Source of the DNA: a virus
Lineage: Duplodnaviria; Caudoviricetes
Strand: one strand, 5' to 3'
DNA length: 24,848 nucleotides
IMG/VR virus record: IMGVR_UViG_3300039208_000022
Location: 1-24,848 of that record
The notes under the pieces are model-generated. The model was not told the origin of the DNA, ran no database searches, and saw only the letters and a list, made by a program, of their open reading frames with translations. The translations under genes and the position numbers were made by a program. The stretch's first letter is position 1, and every line of letters begins with the position of its first letter. Positions 7,989 to 16,176 of this stretch are shown piece after piece.

Positions 7989-8798
7989 ATGCGCGAATGG
8001 CTCACAATCGCAGAGAACCTTGCATTGGAGCATACTGCGAGACATGATTGTCCTGAGTGTGGTGCAGGAACAAACACCAATGCAGCAATAATCTCACACA
8101 GAACACGTGGATACTCGATACATTGTTTCGCATGTGACTACAATGACTTCGAGAGTAAAGGACAACTTACACTAACTGAACTAAAACGGATCGCCGAACT
8201 AAATGAACAGGCGCAAGAACCAATAACTCAACTGGAGTTACCTCATGACTACACAACAGATATCCCCCGACACGGTAGACTGTGGCTTTACAAAGGAGGC
8301 ATTACAGAGACTACCTGGAAAAAGTATCGCATCGGTTATTCAGAGTTATATGACCGAGTTGTACTCCCTGTATTCGACAGTGAAGATAACCTTATCTGGT
8401 TCCAGTGCAGAGCACTTTACAAAGAACAAACGCCTAAGTACCTTCAACCAAGCAGAGACAAAAGTGGAGTACTCTTTCGCGCGAGAGGATGCACAGAAAG
8501 CACACGAAACGCTGTCATCGTTGAAGATATACTATCAGCGATCAGGGTCGGAAGACATATCAGCACATACTCACTGCTCGGGACAAAGATTAACACTGGC
8601 CAGGAGAATGTGTTGTCTAAGCACAAGAGCATCACTACGTGGCTTGATTCAGACAGAGCAGGACGAAGAGGTGCAGCTAAAATTAGGAAAAGCCTCGGAC
8701 TTGTGTGCGAAACTAGCAACATTGTAACTGAGTGTGATCCCAAAGAGTTATCAGATCACGAAATTAAAAAGATACTTGCAGGAGTAGGCGTATTATAG
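7989..8798 (+). CDS. DNA primase (zinc-binding domain + TOPRIM)
   Basis: CPEC...CFAC; FQCRAL...PKY; IVEDILSA; WLDSDRAG; start probably ATG7989. Confidence 0.9.
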   Translation: MREWLTIAENLALEHTARHDCPECGAGTNTNAAIISHRTRGYSIHCFACDYNDFESKGQLTLTELKRIAELNEQAQEPITQLELPHDYTTDIPRHGRLWLYKGGITETTWKKYRIGYSELYDRVVLPVFDSEDNLIWFQCRALYKEQTPKYLQPSRDKSGVLFRARGCTESTRNAVIVEDILSAIRVGRHISTYSLLGTKINTGQENVLSKHKSITTWLDSDRAGRRGAAKIRKSLGLVCETSNIVTECDPKELSDHEIKKILAGVGVL

Positions 8799-10045
8799 AT
8801 CTCGCTATACTGAGAATATCAAAGTACAAGAAACACTTCGACAAGATTGCACGATACATCCCAAGATCAGCCATAGACAAGAAGACTAAGGCTATCGTAG
8901 ATGACATTAGAAAATATTTCGAAGAGAACCCTGAAGAGGAACAAATCAACTTCGATGCCTTTAAAACATTGTTCTTTAACGTGTGGCATAAGACATTAAA
9001 AGAAGAAGATAAAGAGTTCTTTGGTAAGATCATCGACCGAATGAAAGAAGATGTACCAGACCAAGTCCGCAGTAACATAATCAACAGTCTCCTTGAGTTA
9101 GAGTTTGCAACCAGAGTAGGTAACATGATTGCAGAGTACGACGCAGAGGAAGATATCGACATCGTTGAAGGTGTCAAAGAAGCATTACAACATTACGAGC
9201 AACGATCACAGGCCGCTGTAAAGATTGAATATGCTAATGTCTTTGACTCTACAATTGGTGAAGTTGATGAAGACGGTGGACTGCGATGGCACATTGAAGT
9301 AATGAATGATTACTACCGTAATATACTTGGTGGAGACCAGTACATAGTTGCTGGTAGACCAGGTAAAGGTAAGACAACATTCTTAACACATCTTAACTGG
9401 TCACTCGCTCAGAGTATGCCAGTAAACAAACGTATCATATGGTTTAACAACGAGTCACGTAGACAGCGTATTATGTCACGTCAGATTCAGTCAGCACTCA
9501 ATAAGACTGATAAAGAACTCAAACAAATGCAACGTGATGGTACGCTAGTTGACGCTTACATTGAAGTAATGGGCGACAAAGATAGAGTACAAGTCTATGA
9601 CATACACGGTATGACCAACAAAGAAGTTGAACAAATACTTGAACGTGTGGGTCAAGAAAACGTAGGTGCATTGATCTTTGATATGTTAGACAAAGTTAGT
9701 ACATTTATGCCTAAAGAAATGCGTGAAGACCAGAGACTTGAAAAGTTGTATGACTGGTCACGTGAACTAGGTGTTAAATACAACTGTCCTGTATTCCCAA
9801 CATCACAGATCTCGAACGAAGGTACAGGTGAACTGTTCCCAACAGAGAATATGTTGAAAGATAGCAAGACAGGTAAACAGGGTGCATGTGATGGTATTAT
9901 CATGATTGGATGTGCAGATGATCCAATGAATGAGCGTGAACGTGGTATTAGTATGCCTAAGACCAAGAGTAAACGTGAAGGTAAACCAGACATGCGTGAA
10001 AAGATACTCATAGACGAAGATAGAGGGAGGTACTTAAATTGCTAG
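8792..10045 (+). CDS. Replicative SF4 (DnaB-like) helicase, proposed ATT start
   Basis: Walker A GRPGKGKT, NNES, Walker B LIFDMLD, SQIS, SKTGKQGACD. The frame is open from TAA8765 and reads IDLAILRISKY...; GGAG lies 7 nt before ATT8792; the track start is TTG8969. Confidence 0.9.
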   Translation: MIDLAILRISKYKKHFDKIARYIPRSAIDKKTKAIVDDIRKYFEENPEEEQINFDAFKTLFFNVWHKTLKEEDKEFFGKIIDRMKEDVPDQVRSNIINSLLELEFATRVGNMIAEYDAEEDIDIVEGVKEALQHYEQRSQAAVKIEYANVFDSTIGEVDEDGGLRWHIEVMNDYYRNILGGDQYIVAGRPGKGKTTFLTHLNWSLAQSMPVNKRIIWFNNESRRQRIMSRQIQSALNKTDKELKQMQRDGTLVDAYIEVMGDKDRVQVYDIHGMTNKEVEQILERVGQENVGALIFDMLDKVSTFMPKEMREDQRLEKLYDWSRELGVKYNCPVFPTSQISNEGTGELFPTENMLKDSKTGKQGACDGIIMIGCADDPMNERERGISMPKTKSKREGKPDMREKILIDEDRGRYLNC

Positions 10046-10209
10046 CACTAGTAATATTTGTAGGCCTGCTCTTTATTCTATTTATAGGCACGATTATTTT
10101 GCTTGTACTAGATATGGGTAACCTAAGTAAATATCCAGTGTGGCCGGTTACGCTAGCCTGGGTAGCATATTTTGTAGGAATAGGAGTCTACATTGGCACG
10201 CAAATCTAA
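10039..10209 (+). CDS. 56-aa two-TM membrane protein (not in ORF track)
   Basis: GGAGG RBS, TTG start, two hydrophobic segments, fills the gap between neighbours. Confidence 0.65.
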   Translation: MLALVIFVGLLFILFIGTIILLVLDMGNLSKYPVWPVTLAWVAYFVGIGVYIGTQI

Positions 10210-10432
10210 ACAATCGACTAAACAGGTAGCAGCACTAGATGTACAAGTAGGTGGCGGACATTACAAAGACTGTCCAATACAACCAATCGAGTACTGTGAA
10301 AGAAATGGACTGAGTGCATGTGAGTCCGCTATTGTGAAGTACATTACACGCTGGCGTGATAAAGGTGGTAAAGAAGACCTTGAGAAGATCAAACACTACG
10401 TTGACTTACTAATCGAACTAGAAGATTTATAG
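10193..10432 (+). CDS. DUF3310 / SaV-like protein (T7 gp1.7 nucleotide kinase-related)
   Basis: QVGGGHY...IQPIEY...IVKYITR...KGGKEDLEKIKHY family signature. Confidence 0.85.
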   Translation: MARKSKQSTKQVAALDVQVGGGHYKDCPIQPIEYCERNGLSACESAIVKYITRWRDKGGKEDLEKIKHYVDLLIELEDL

Positions 10433-10434
10433 TC

Positions 10435-10626
10435 ATGGTTAATACAGTGTTTGTTGTACAGTTCAAAGCAGCTACAGGACAGTGGAAAGATTCTACACAG
10501 GATTACTACACAGTCAGTCTAGCGATTGAACGCAGAAAACAGATGGAACAAATGCAACCAGAAACAAAGTTCAGAGTAGTGATGAGAACTGAAGCAGTGT
10601 TGTCATCAGAGTATATGGAATTATGA
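10435..10626 (+). CDS. Hypothetical protein
   Basis: Tight packing after DUF3310. Confidence 0.7.
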   Translation: MVNTVFVVQFKAATGQWKDSTQDYYTVSLAIERRKQMEQMQPETKFRVVMRTEAVLSSEYMEL

Positions 10627-10632
10627 ATGGAC

Positions 10633-10679
10633 TACGTCATACGACGTAAACCTGTTGGCCACACAGGTAAAAGAGTGGC
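10633..10679 (+). ncRNA. Hairpin followed by an H-type pseudoknot
   Basis: TACGTC-ATAC-GACGTA; then ACCTGT/ACAGGT stem whose loop GCCAC pairs with GTGGC (10675-10679) across an AAAAGA linker. Confidence 0.5.
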
Positions 10680-10688
10680 ATGAACATT

Positions 10689-10765
10689 GCCGATGGATGG
10701 ATGGTCATTAACGACGTTATTATGAGAACGTTGGTAACGCGGGTTCGAACCCCGCTCTCGGCCCA
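10689..10765 (+). tRNA. Atypical tRNA-like element 1, anticodon undetermined
   Basis: T arm GCGGG-TTCGAAC-CCCGC; acceptor GCCGA/TCGGC ending in CCA; 7-bp anticodon stem CGACGTT/AACGTTG with 8-nt loop ATTATGAG; weak D arm. Confidence 0.6.
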
Positions 10766-10768
10766 GAG

Positions 10769-10841
10769 ACTACAGACTCAACCGAGCGAGGTTGTTTAGG
10801 TAGTAGTTGCTACATGCACCACGTGCGCTGCTTGTAGTGAC
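10769..10841 (+). ncRNA. Two-hairpin structured spacer between the tRNA-like elements
   Basis: ACTAC..CAACC-GAGCGA-GGTTG..GTAGT; then GTTGCTACA/TGTAGTGAC enclosing GCAC-CAC-GTGC. Confidence 0.45.
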
Positions 10842-10847
10842 GAAGAA

Positions 10848-10916
10848 GGGACTAGTCGTCTAGCAGATAGGACATACCGACGGGTAAAACATGGGTGCGA
10901 ATCCCATCTAGTCCCA
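10848..10916 (+). tRNA. tRNA-like element 2 (tRNA-Glu-like body, anticodon loop replaced by a tetraloop)
   Basis: GGGACTAG/CTAGTCCC acceptor; TC-GTCTAG...AGGAC-A D arm; TACC-GACG-GGTA short arm; AAAC variable loop; ATGGG-TGCGAAT-CCCAT T arm. Confidence 0.72.
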
Positions 10917-10935
10917 ACTTTAAACAGGAGAGTAC

Positions 10936-11223
10936 ATGACATTAAACGAATTAAACATGAGAAACAAACCAGTGGAGTTCAGAGTAGAAGAAGTAGACAA
11001 TGGTTTCCTCATTTACACAAAAGGGTTAGATCAAGGTTGCAAAGGTGAGATCTATGTAGCTGTATCAGCAGAAGAAGTAGCGCAGATAGCTGGTTCACTT
11101 TGCTCAGGACAAGATCCAGCCACTAAAGCTAGACAACGTGCTAACTGGACACCTAAACCTGTAGAGCCTCCTTACAAACAAGTAATTAGGAACTGCAACG
11201 AGAAAGACCCAACACTTACGTGA
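10936..11223 (+). CDS. Hypothetical protein
   Basis: AACTTTAA enhancer plus AGGAG RBS. Confidence 0.8.
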   Translation: MTLNELNMRNKPVEFRVEEVDNGFLIYTKGLDQGCKGEIYVAVSAEEVAQIAGSLCSGQDPATKARQRANWTPKPVEPPYKQVIRNCNEKDPTLT

Positions 11224-11229
11224 GTTATC

Positions 11230-13533
11230 ATGAAAATATTAACATTTGACCTTGAGACAGAGAACCATACATTAAACAAACGTAAAGCATCACCATTCGA
11301 TAAACGAAACTACATTGTGCAAATTGGATGGAGTATTAATGGTGGTCCAGCTCAAGAGAAGTATTACGACGAGTGGCACAGAGACCCAGTGTTACCTTGT
11401 TTAGACGACATAGACGTGTTAGTTGGATTTAACATCAAGTTCGACTTACTATGGGTATGGCGTGAACCAGAACTAGAGAAGTTTCTAGAACGTGGTGGCA
11501 CTATTTATTGTGGACAGTACGCAGAGTATTTACTAGGCGGTGCTACACAAGATGTACACATGTGCGCCATGAATGACATCGCCGAAGTATACGGCGGTGG
11601 ATGCAAAATCGACGCGGTGAAGGAGATGTGGGAAGATGGTGTACTAACATCGGAGATCCCACGAGACTTGCTAACAGACTACCTCATTGGTGACGGTGCC
11701 GAAATAGTAGGTGACGTGATGAACACTTGGAAGATATATTGTGGCCAGGTGGCGAGAATGAAGGCAGAGATGGCACCCGAGTTCATAAAGATGTTCAAAC
11801 ATCGTATGGACGGTCTGTTAGCTACTATCGAAATGGAATATAACGGAGTATTCGTTGATACTGAACTTGGCGAAGAGTTACGTGAAGACCTTATCGTAGA
11901 GATAGAGAAAGCACGTATTGAACTCGAAAAGTTCATACCTGAGTTACCTCCAGAGTTAACATTTAATTGGAGGAGTAACACACATAAGTCCTGCCTAATC
12001 TTCGGCGGTACTGTGTCCTACAAAAAGTGGTTAGCACATACCGATGACAATGGAAACATAATCTACGCGAAGAAAAAAGAGAAGTGGCCTCTGTTTGCTG
12101 GAGTGGCGATTCCACCCAGTGAGTGTATAGAGGCGGGTGCGTTTTATGTTATGGAAGTACCGGAGGGTACGGCAGGCAGTTTTGAACGTAATGGTAAACA
12201 TTGGACATTACAAGATCGGTACAAAGGTGGTAAACAAAAAGGATATGGTAAGACCAAGAATGTAGATGTACCAGATGAGACTAAACCGAAAGGTGCTAAA
12301 CAGGATCATTACTTTACATTCAAAGGACACATTAGACCTGAGCGTAAGTGGTTACTTGAGTCAACAGATGCGTACGATGCACCAATGTATCAAACTGGTT
12401 CAGAAATTATTGAAGAATTAGGTAAACGTGGACTTCCATTCACAGATGCGTTAGTAAAACATACTGCAATGACCAAAGACTTAGGTACATACTACTGGAC
12501 TGAGAACAAAGACGGTAAACGTAAAGGTATGCTTACACTAGTTGGTGAAGACGGTATCTTACATCACAAGTTAAACTGTGTTAATACTGTGACAACTCGT
12601 ATGTCAAGTAGCGATCCTAACTTACAGAACATACCGCGAGGTGACAAGTCACTTGTTAAAAGTATGTTTAAGTCTAGGTTTGAAAACGGTAAGACAGTCG
12701 AGATTGACTACAGTCAGCTAGAAGTTGTTATACAAGGTGTACTCACTGGTGACAGTCAACTATGTCAAGATTTACGTGATCGAGTAGACTTCCACTGTAA
12801 ACGTTTATCAGCAAAACTAGGCGAAAGTTACGAAGACGTACTTCGAAAGTGTAAAGTAGATGAAGATCCTGATTATTGTCGTATGCGAACAGAGGCCAAA
12901 GTTTTCTCGTTTCAGAGAGCGTATGGAGCAGGTGCAAAGACTATATCAGATTCAACAGGACTACCTGAATCAGAAGTTATGGCACTCATACACGCCGAGG
13001 AGACACTGTACCCAGGCGTTAAGATATTCGATGAGAGACTTGAAAGACATATCAACGCCAATCGTAAACGTACAAACAAGAAGATATTCCACGAAGGTGT
13101 TGCGTTCACACAAGGTCAAGCGAGTTGGAATTCGCCGACTGGGACACGGTATACGTGGGAGGAACAGATAGCACCAGAGTTCATGCACCGTAAAGGTAAG
13201 TTCACATCATTCAGTCCAACTGAACGTAAGAACTATCCAATACAGGGTATGGGTGGCGAAGTAGTACAAACAATGTTAGGTAAAGTGTTCAGATACTTTA
13301 TTGCTAACAAACGTTTCAACGGTAAACTACTCATGGTTAACACTGTACACGACTGTGCATGGTTTGATGGTGAAGAGAAGCTTATGTTAGAACAGGCTCC
13401 TAAGATCCAGAAGATTATGGAGAGTGTACCAGATGTGTTTAACAAAGCATTCAACATGAACATATCAGTACCATTCCCTGCAGAAACAGAGATAGGTAAC
13501 GACATGTATGATATGGAGGTATTACATGGGTGA
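11230..13533 (+). CDS. Family A DNA polymerase with 3'-5' exonuclease
   Basis: FDLETE, GFNIKFD, TTRMSSSDPNLQNIP, motif A DYSQLE, motif B AKVFSFQRAYG, NYPIQG, motif C VHD. Confidence 0.97.
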   Translation: MKILTFDLETENHTLNKRKASPFDKRNYIVQIGWSINGGPAQEKYYDEWHRDPVLPCLDDIDVLVGFNIKFDLLWVWREPELEKFLERGGTIYCGQYAEYLLGGATQDVHMCAMNDIAEVYGGGCKIDAVKEMWEDGVLTSEIPRDLLTDYLIGDGAEIVGDVMNTWKIYCGQVARMKAEMAPEFIKMFKHRMDGLLATIEMEYNGVFVDTELGEELREDLIVEIEKARIELEKFIPELPPELTFNWRSNTHKSCLIFGGTVSYKKWLAHTDDNGNIIYAKKKEKWPLFAGVAIPPSECIEAGAFYVMEVPEGTAGSFERNGKHWTLQDRYKGGKQKGYGKTKNVDVPDETKPKGAKQDHYFTFKGHIRPERKWLLESTDAYDAPMYQTGSEIIEELGKRGLPFTDALVKHTAMTKDLGTYYWTENKDGKRKGMLTLVGEDGILHHKLNCVNTVTTRMSSSDPNLQNIPRGDKSLVKSMFKSRFENGKTVEIDYSQLEVVIQGVLTGDSQLCQDLRDRVDFHCKRLSAKLGESYEDVLRKCKVDEDPDYCRMRTEAKVFSFQRAYGAGAKTISDSTGLPESEVMALIHAEETLYPGVKIFDERLERHINANRKRTNKKIFHEGVAFTQGQASWNSPTGTRYTWEEQIAPEFMHRKGKFTSFSPTERKNYPIQGMGGEVVQTMLGKVFRYFIANKRFNGKLLMVNTVHDCAWFDGEEKLMLEQAPKIQKIMESVPDVFNKAFNMNISVPFPAETEIGNDMYDMEVLHG

Positions 13534-13651
13534 AGATCAAATAGTTAAAGGTATACTAATCGCAGTAGCTGTATACGCAGTTTTCTTCGGGCTATTCTAT
13601 AACATAGAAACAAACAAGCGTAGAAAGAAAGAAGAGGACAAACATGGGTGA
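13526..13651 (+). CDS. 41-aa single-TM protein (not in ORF track)
   Basis: GGAGGT RBS; MGEDQIVKGILIAVAVYAVFFGLFY followed by a charged tail. Confidence 0.65.
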   Translation: MGEDQIVKGILIAVAVYAVFFGLFYNIETNKRRKKEEDKHG

Positions 13652-13832
13652 CCAAGCAGACTTTATCCTCGAAGGAGGTGTATGTGAACAGTGTGGAGTT
13701 GTCATCGACGGAGAATCACCAGGATACCCAAGAACCTGTAACGGGTGTAAGCGTCCCGGAGAGAATCGTAACAGCCGCAATCGCAGCAGACGTAAAAAGA
13801 AAAGCCGCACACGAAGAAGCAGTAAGACATAG
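13644..13832 (+). CDS. Small zinc-finger protein with Arg/Lys-rich tail
   Basis: GAGG RBS; CEQC...GYPRTCNGC. Confidence 0.7.
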   Translation: MGDQADFILEGGVCEQCGVVIDGESPGYPRTCNGCKRPGENRNSRNRSRRKKKSRTRRSSKT

Positions 13833-13882
13833 CTTTAAACGGTGCATTAGTAAATTTATTAGACAAGACAGAGTATTTTAAC

Positions 13883-14689
13883 ATGCCATTAGATTTAAAC
13901 AAACTAGGCGCAGCAGCCGCTAAACAAAACGACTTAACACAAAGCCAATCATTCGAGCGGCAAGTAGCCGCAGAAGGTGTAACACTATTACGCTTCCGTG
14001 ACTACATTGAGATTGGTAGACACAAGCCTGGTAACCCTAACCACAAACCAGCATTACAAGCGTTACTCACATTTGAGTTGCATGGAGTAAAACACCTAAT
14101 TGAGATCGATGGTAAGAAGGTTCCTATGACCCACCAGATCAAGTTATCAATGGGTTTAACAGAGAAATCTGGATTCCGTAAACTATTTAAACTGATGAAC
14201 AACGCACATGGTGGTGAAGCGCAACACTTTGTACAATTAATTGGTAAACCTTTCTTAGGTGAGATCTTCCATAACGTAGTAGGCGAGGGAGACAAGAAAC
14301 AAGTATTTGCTAACTTAGATCAAGATGGCGCTTACTCTATAAAAGCACCAGTACAAGTAGATGCAGTCTCTGGTGACTCTACTCCAATTAACGTCCCAGA
14401 GATGCACGGTACACCTAAAGTATTCTTGTGGGAAACTGACGATGTATCTGATGAAGACATCCAAGAGATGTGGAAAGACATCTTCATTGAAGGTACACGT
14501 ACCGTTAAAGAAAACGGTCAAGATGTAGAGAAGTCTAAGAACTGGATTCAAGAGACTATTCAAAAGAACCTTGAGTGGGAAGGCTCGCGTACACAGTCAT
14601 TGACTGAAGAACAAGTCTCCCTTGATGCACTAGCAGGATCAGCTGAAGCAGCTCAAGTACCAGAAGAAGGGGAGGTACCGACACTATAA
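13883..14689 (+). CDS. Conserved phiKMV-type post-polymerase protein, putative ssDNA-binding protein
   Basis: Position after the polymerase; YIEIGRH...LTFEL, FVQLIGKPF, KNWIQE...WEGS; acidic C-terminal tail. Confidence 0.7.
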   Translation: MPLDLNKLGAAAAKQNDLTQSQSFERQVAAEGVTLLRFRDYIEIGRHKPGNPNHKPALQALLTFELHGVKHLIEIDGKKVPMTHQIKLSMGLTEKSGFRKLFKLMNNAHGGEAQHFVQLIGKPFLGEIFHNVVGEGDKKQVFANLDQDGAYSIKAPVQVDAVSGDSTPINVPEMHGTPKVFLWETDDVSDEDIQEMWKDIFIEGTRTVKENGQDVEKSKNWIQETIQKNLEWEGSRTQSLTEEQVSLDALAGSAEAAQVPEEGEVPTL

Positions 14690-14943
14690 TGGACGCTGAA
14701 CCAGTGCCAGCAGAAGTAGTATCAATTGACACTCAACCTAAAGCTAAACCTGTTAAGAAGATTGACAAGTACACACTTATGTTTGAGAACGTCACACGTA
14801 TACTATTTCTGATGATGCATAAACCAGAACCAAAAGGGTGTAAGGAGATACAAGGTTTACTCCAAGACACACAAGAAATACTCACAGAACTAGGATCAAA
14901 GAATGGACCTACAAGCGCTAGGCGAAAAGGCAGCGCGGAGTAA
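14689..14943 (+). CDS. Hypothetical protein
   Basis: TAATG coupling to the upstream gene. Confidence 0.7.
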   Translation: MDAEPVPAEVVSIDTQPKAKPVKKIDKYTLMFENVTRILFLMMHKPEPKGCKEIQGLLQDTQEILTELGSKNGPTSARRKGSAE

Positions 14944-15919
14944 CGCAATTGAGCGGCCCGTAGTAAAGGGTCGCATTCTCCATGCTGACTCAGACTTCTT
15001 TTGTTACGATTGCAGTAACATAGATGAGCCACTAGGATACGCTAAAGCAGCGATCATTAGACAAGTAGAATACAAACGTAAATTAGTAGGTGCGGATGTA
15101 GTATACACACATACAACAATGGGTCTAAAGGGTGGTCGTGAACAGATCGCCTCAGTGAAACCATATCAAGAACGTAGGTCAGGAGCTAGGACACCTGAAC
15201 TTCAACAACGTATCTTAGACCTTAGAACACACCTAGCAAATTATGAGACTGAACATATTAAACCAGTACCAAACTTGTACCAAGAAGCAGACGATTCATT
15301 AACTCAGTATCACATGTTACACAGTCAAAAGGGTAAAGACATGAGTATCCTAATGTCTGGTGATAAAGATCTCTGGATGGTCCCAGGTACACATGCTGAC
15401 CCAAAGACAGGAGAATTCTACACTGTCATAGGTTACGGACAAACTAAGCATAAAGATGTAGGACTAAAAGACCCTAAACTCGTTGGACGTGGTACTTCAT
15501 GGTTCTGGCATCAGATGTTAATGGGAGACGGAGCAGACAACATACCAGGATTACCTATGTTAAGTGGTAGACTGGCTAACCGCTACGTTCCAACTAAAAC
15601 GTATAACCCCAGACGCAAGTCTATCAAGTGTGGTGAAGCTAAAGCAGTAGCCATATTAAAAGACGTATCTAACGAGGTCGAAGCAGCACGTAGAGTGTAC
15701 GAATGCTACCGTGATCATTGGGGAAGTCTCGCAAATGAGATGTTCTTCGAACAAGGTTTCTTGTTATGGATGAGACGTGTACCAGATGTGTTAGATGTTA
15801 TACATTACTTCGCAGAATGTAACCTTATGATTACTCCAAGTAAGAAACAAGTCGAGAGACTGGGTCATTACAAAGAGTTAGTGAAGTTACAGAAAGCGCA
15901 ATCACAGGAAGAACTATGA
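14903..15919 (+). CDS. 5'-3' exonuclease (T7 gp6-like)
   Basis: HADSDF, KPYQERR, EADD, SGDKDL, QMLMGDGADNIPGL. Confidence 0.92.
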   Translation: MDLQALGEKAARSNAIERPVVKGRILHADSDFFCYDCSNIDEPLGYAKAAIIRQVEYKRKLVGADVVYTHTTMGLKGGREQIASVKPYQERRSGARTPELQQRILDLRTHLANYETEHIKPVPNLYQEADDSLTQYHMLHSQKGKDMSILMSGDKDLWMVPGTHADPKTGEFYTVIGYGQTKHKDVGLKDPKLVGRGTSWFWHQMLMGDGADNIPGLPMLSGRLANRYVPTKTYNPRRKSIKCGEAKAVAILKDVSNEVEAARRVYECYRDHWGSLANEMFFEQGFLLWMRRVPDVLDVIHYFAECNLMITPSKKQVERLGHYKELVKLQKAQSQEEL

Positions 15920-16176
15920 TATTCGTTATCCCTTTAAAAGAAGACGAAGAAGGTAACGTAGCGTGTAACGTAGTTGACACAGGTTCAGACTGTGCACGTA
16001 CCAATAGACGTAAACTACGAGAGTACGCTATGGCTGCTGGAGTAAACAAGAAAGACATCAAAAGATTCTTCAAGATGATGGGGTTTAATAAAGACACTTT
16101 AGGAGTTAAACGTGGAAATACAAAAAGCCCTTCATTTACATACGGAACTAGAAAAGAAGAAACCAAAGATAGTTGA
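15916..16176 (+). CDS. Hypothetical basic protein
   Basis: ATGA overlap with the exonuclease stop. Confidence 0.6.
   Translation: MIFVIPLKEDEEGNVACNVVDTGSDCARTNRRKLREYAMAAGVNKKDIKRFFKMMGFNKDTLGVKRGNTKSPSFTYGTRKEETKDS

Noticed and set aside
7808-8047. 79-aa ORF (or AGGAG-ATG7943 variant) and GATAGTG/CACTATC hairpin at 7928-7954 before primase
   Set aside because: Overlaps the neighbouring genes; cannot distinguish a small gene from a regulatory spacer by sequence alone
10712-10733. Minus-strand CTCATAA resembling a tRNA-Met anticodon loop
   Set aside because: The T arm and CCA are on the + strand, and the minus-strand stem is out of register
10799-10845. HDV-like (theta) ribozyme resemblance: GGTAGT/GCTGCT as P1 and GC-ACCACGT-GC as P3/L3 near tRNAs
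   Set aside because: No P1.1 G or catalytic-C J4/2 strand between the putative P1 and P2, and it does not start at a tRNA 3' end
5732-13533. Modified-base (2-aminoadenine or deazaguanine) genome system suggested by MazG plus polymerase
   Set aside because: No PurZ, HD-domain dATPase, or Que/Dpd-like genes are visible in the window
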